A DNA stretch of 64,000 nucleotides from Pocillopora damicornis. Lineage: Eukaryota. Made by a program: the position numbers and the translations under genes. Below are positions 62,485 through 64,000 of the stretch, piece by piece (position 1 is the first letter of the stretch; every line of letters starts with the position of its first letter). The notes below the pieces were generated by a model, which was not told the DNA's origin, ran no database searches, and saw only the letters and a program-made list of their open reading frames with translations. The stretch is taken from NCBI RefSeq assembly GCF_003704095.1, contig NW_020845558.1, positions 620,001 to 684,000 on the forward strand, written 5' to 3'.

Positions 62485-63418
62485 AATTTTGGTTAAATGT
62501 TGTACCTTCAACTCAACACATCTTCGCTTACTTCATGCACGCACGCTTTTGTTTCTTAAAATGATTCATTTCAATTACTGACAGGTGTTAAATGTAATAT
62601 TATCGGAAATTTGAAACTTTAAACTGAAATTTTTTTATGTGACAAATTTATATCTAATGTGGCAATTCGTCGCAATAAAGATCTTTGGAATCTATTTTTC
62701 AGAGAAAAGTGACTTTTACAATAAGAGTTTAAATTATCCGTAAGAATGGGGAAACGAAGTTAAGTCAATACAATCCATTGTAACTAGGCAACTTTATGGT
62801 CTTGAAAATTACTGATCCCTTTGGTTCATTAGCAAGTGTTTGAGAACTAGAATACTCAATTTTAATGCTGTTTCAACTGAAAAAAAAACCAGACTATGAT
62901 ATCACCAGGCATGCAAATAAAATTTAGACGTATATGAGCTATGAGTCTTAGGGTTAAGTTACTTTGGTACTTTTTTGCTTTCTTTTTTTCTTAACCTTTC
63001 ATATCACACAACGAAAAAGGAGAAATGCAAACATGATGCTATCTTTTTATAACTTAAAGCCCAAACGCTTTGGTCACGTATACAGCTGGTAATTAAGCTG
63101 TCAAAGGTGTTAGTTCAGAGGGTGTTTAAAATTGCGGCAAACATTAAAAAGACGGCGAATCGTGGACATACGTTTAACTGCATCCCAATTAATGCAAGAA
63201 TAGGCAAGACTTTGACGAGAATTAACATATATATTAAATGGCCACGGGGCGATATAAGACGAATAAATAGCCCTCAGTCTAAATTCTCAAAATCGAACAA
63301 GATATCTCGATTCTAGACCTCGAGTACTATAGTCTTGAGCAAGTCAAGAAAAATAAGAGCGGAGAGGAGCTCGAGAGGAGGGGAAATTATATTGACTGAT
63401 TTAGCTGTGAGAAGGACT

Positions 63419-63737
63419 NNNNNNNNNNNNNNNNNNNNNNNNNNNNNNNNNNNNNNNNNNNNNNNNNNNNNNNNNNNNNNNNNNNNNNNNNNNNNNNNNN
63501 NNNNNNNNNNNNNNNNNNNNNNNNNNNNNNNNNNNNNNNNNNNNNNNNNNNNNNNNNNNNNNNNNNNNNNNNNNNNNNNNNNNNNNNNNNNNNNNNNNNN
63601 NNNNNNNNNNNNNNNNNNNNNNNNNNNNNNNNNNNNNNNNNNNNNNNNNNNNNNNNNNNNNNNNNNNNNNNNNNNNNNNNNNNNNNNNNNNNNNNNNNNN
63701 NNNNNNNNNNNNNNNNNNNNNNNNNNNNNNNNNNNNN
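63419..63737. other. Assembly gap
   Basis: Run of N. Confidence 1.
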
Positions 63738-64000
63738 TTTGCTATCATGGCTCTAAAACCTAATATTATTAGCGGACGAAACCCTTTGGGAACGGACTGG
63801 CCAAAAATGTGCTTGAGCTGAAAGTATGAAGAAGTAAAAAACGTTTAAGGGAAACTGAAGCCAAAAATTTACTTCTGCTTAACTTCAGATACATAAAATA
63901 GTTTTGCAGTTATTTCCATTCACTTCTTGTTGTTCAACCTTGGGCTCAAAATGATCAGTAGTAGTAGAATGTGACGTCCGTGGTGGAGAAATGACATACT

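Overview
AT-rich, intron-containing eukaryotic DNA, most likely from a stony coral or related anthozoan. This is inferred from metazoan orthologues, short GT-AG introns, patchy CpG depletion and many short palindromic repeats. There are four assembly gaps. Hand-built gene models, left to right: two tandem minus-strand carboxypeptidase Q (CPQ) paralogues, one complete with 4 coding exons and one with only exons 1-2 in the window; CSTF3/CstF-77 (26 coding exons, ~727 aa, +); intronless BORCS5 (-); MYLIP/IDOL FERM-RING E3 ligase (4 exons, -); LTO1/ORAOV1 (5 exons, +); intronless CCDC34 (-) head-to-head with TMEM19 (2 exons, +); a BAK1 orthologue (2 exons, -); and an uncharacterised lysine-rich 316-aa ORF (+). 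Repeats include two L2/CR1-type LINE 3' fragments, a 749-bp foldback-like DNA element with an 8-bp TSD, and many MITE-like elements. Most interesting signals: (1) CSTF3 intron 3 has the architecture of the intronic poly(A) autoregulatory switch known from human and fly; (2) a LINE 3' end with a candidate H-type pseudoknot and a telomere-like tract, nested inside a MITE; (3) asymmetric CpG loss between the CPQ paralogues; (4) a decayed minimal hammerhead ribozyme; (5) PP1-docking motifs in the unknown ORF. No prokaryote-type system, rRNA or CRISPR array is present, and no intact tRNA gene was recognised.
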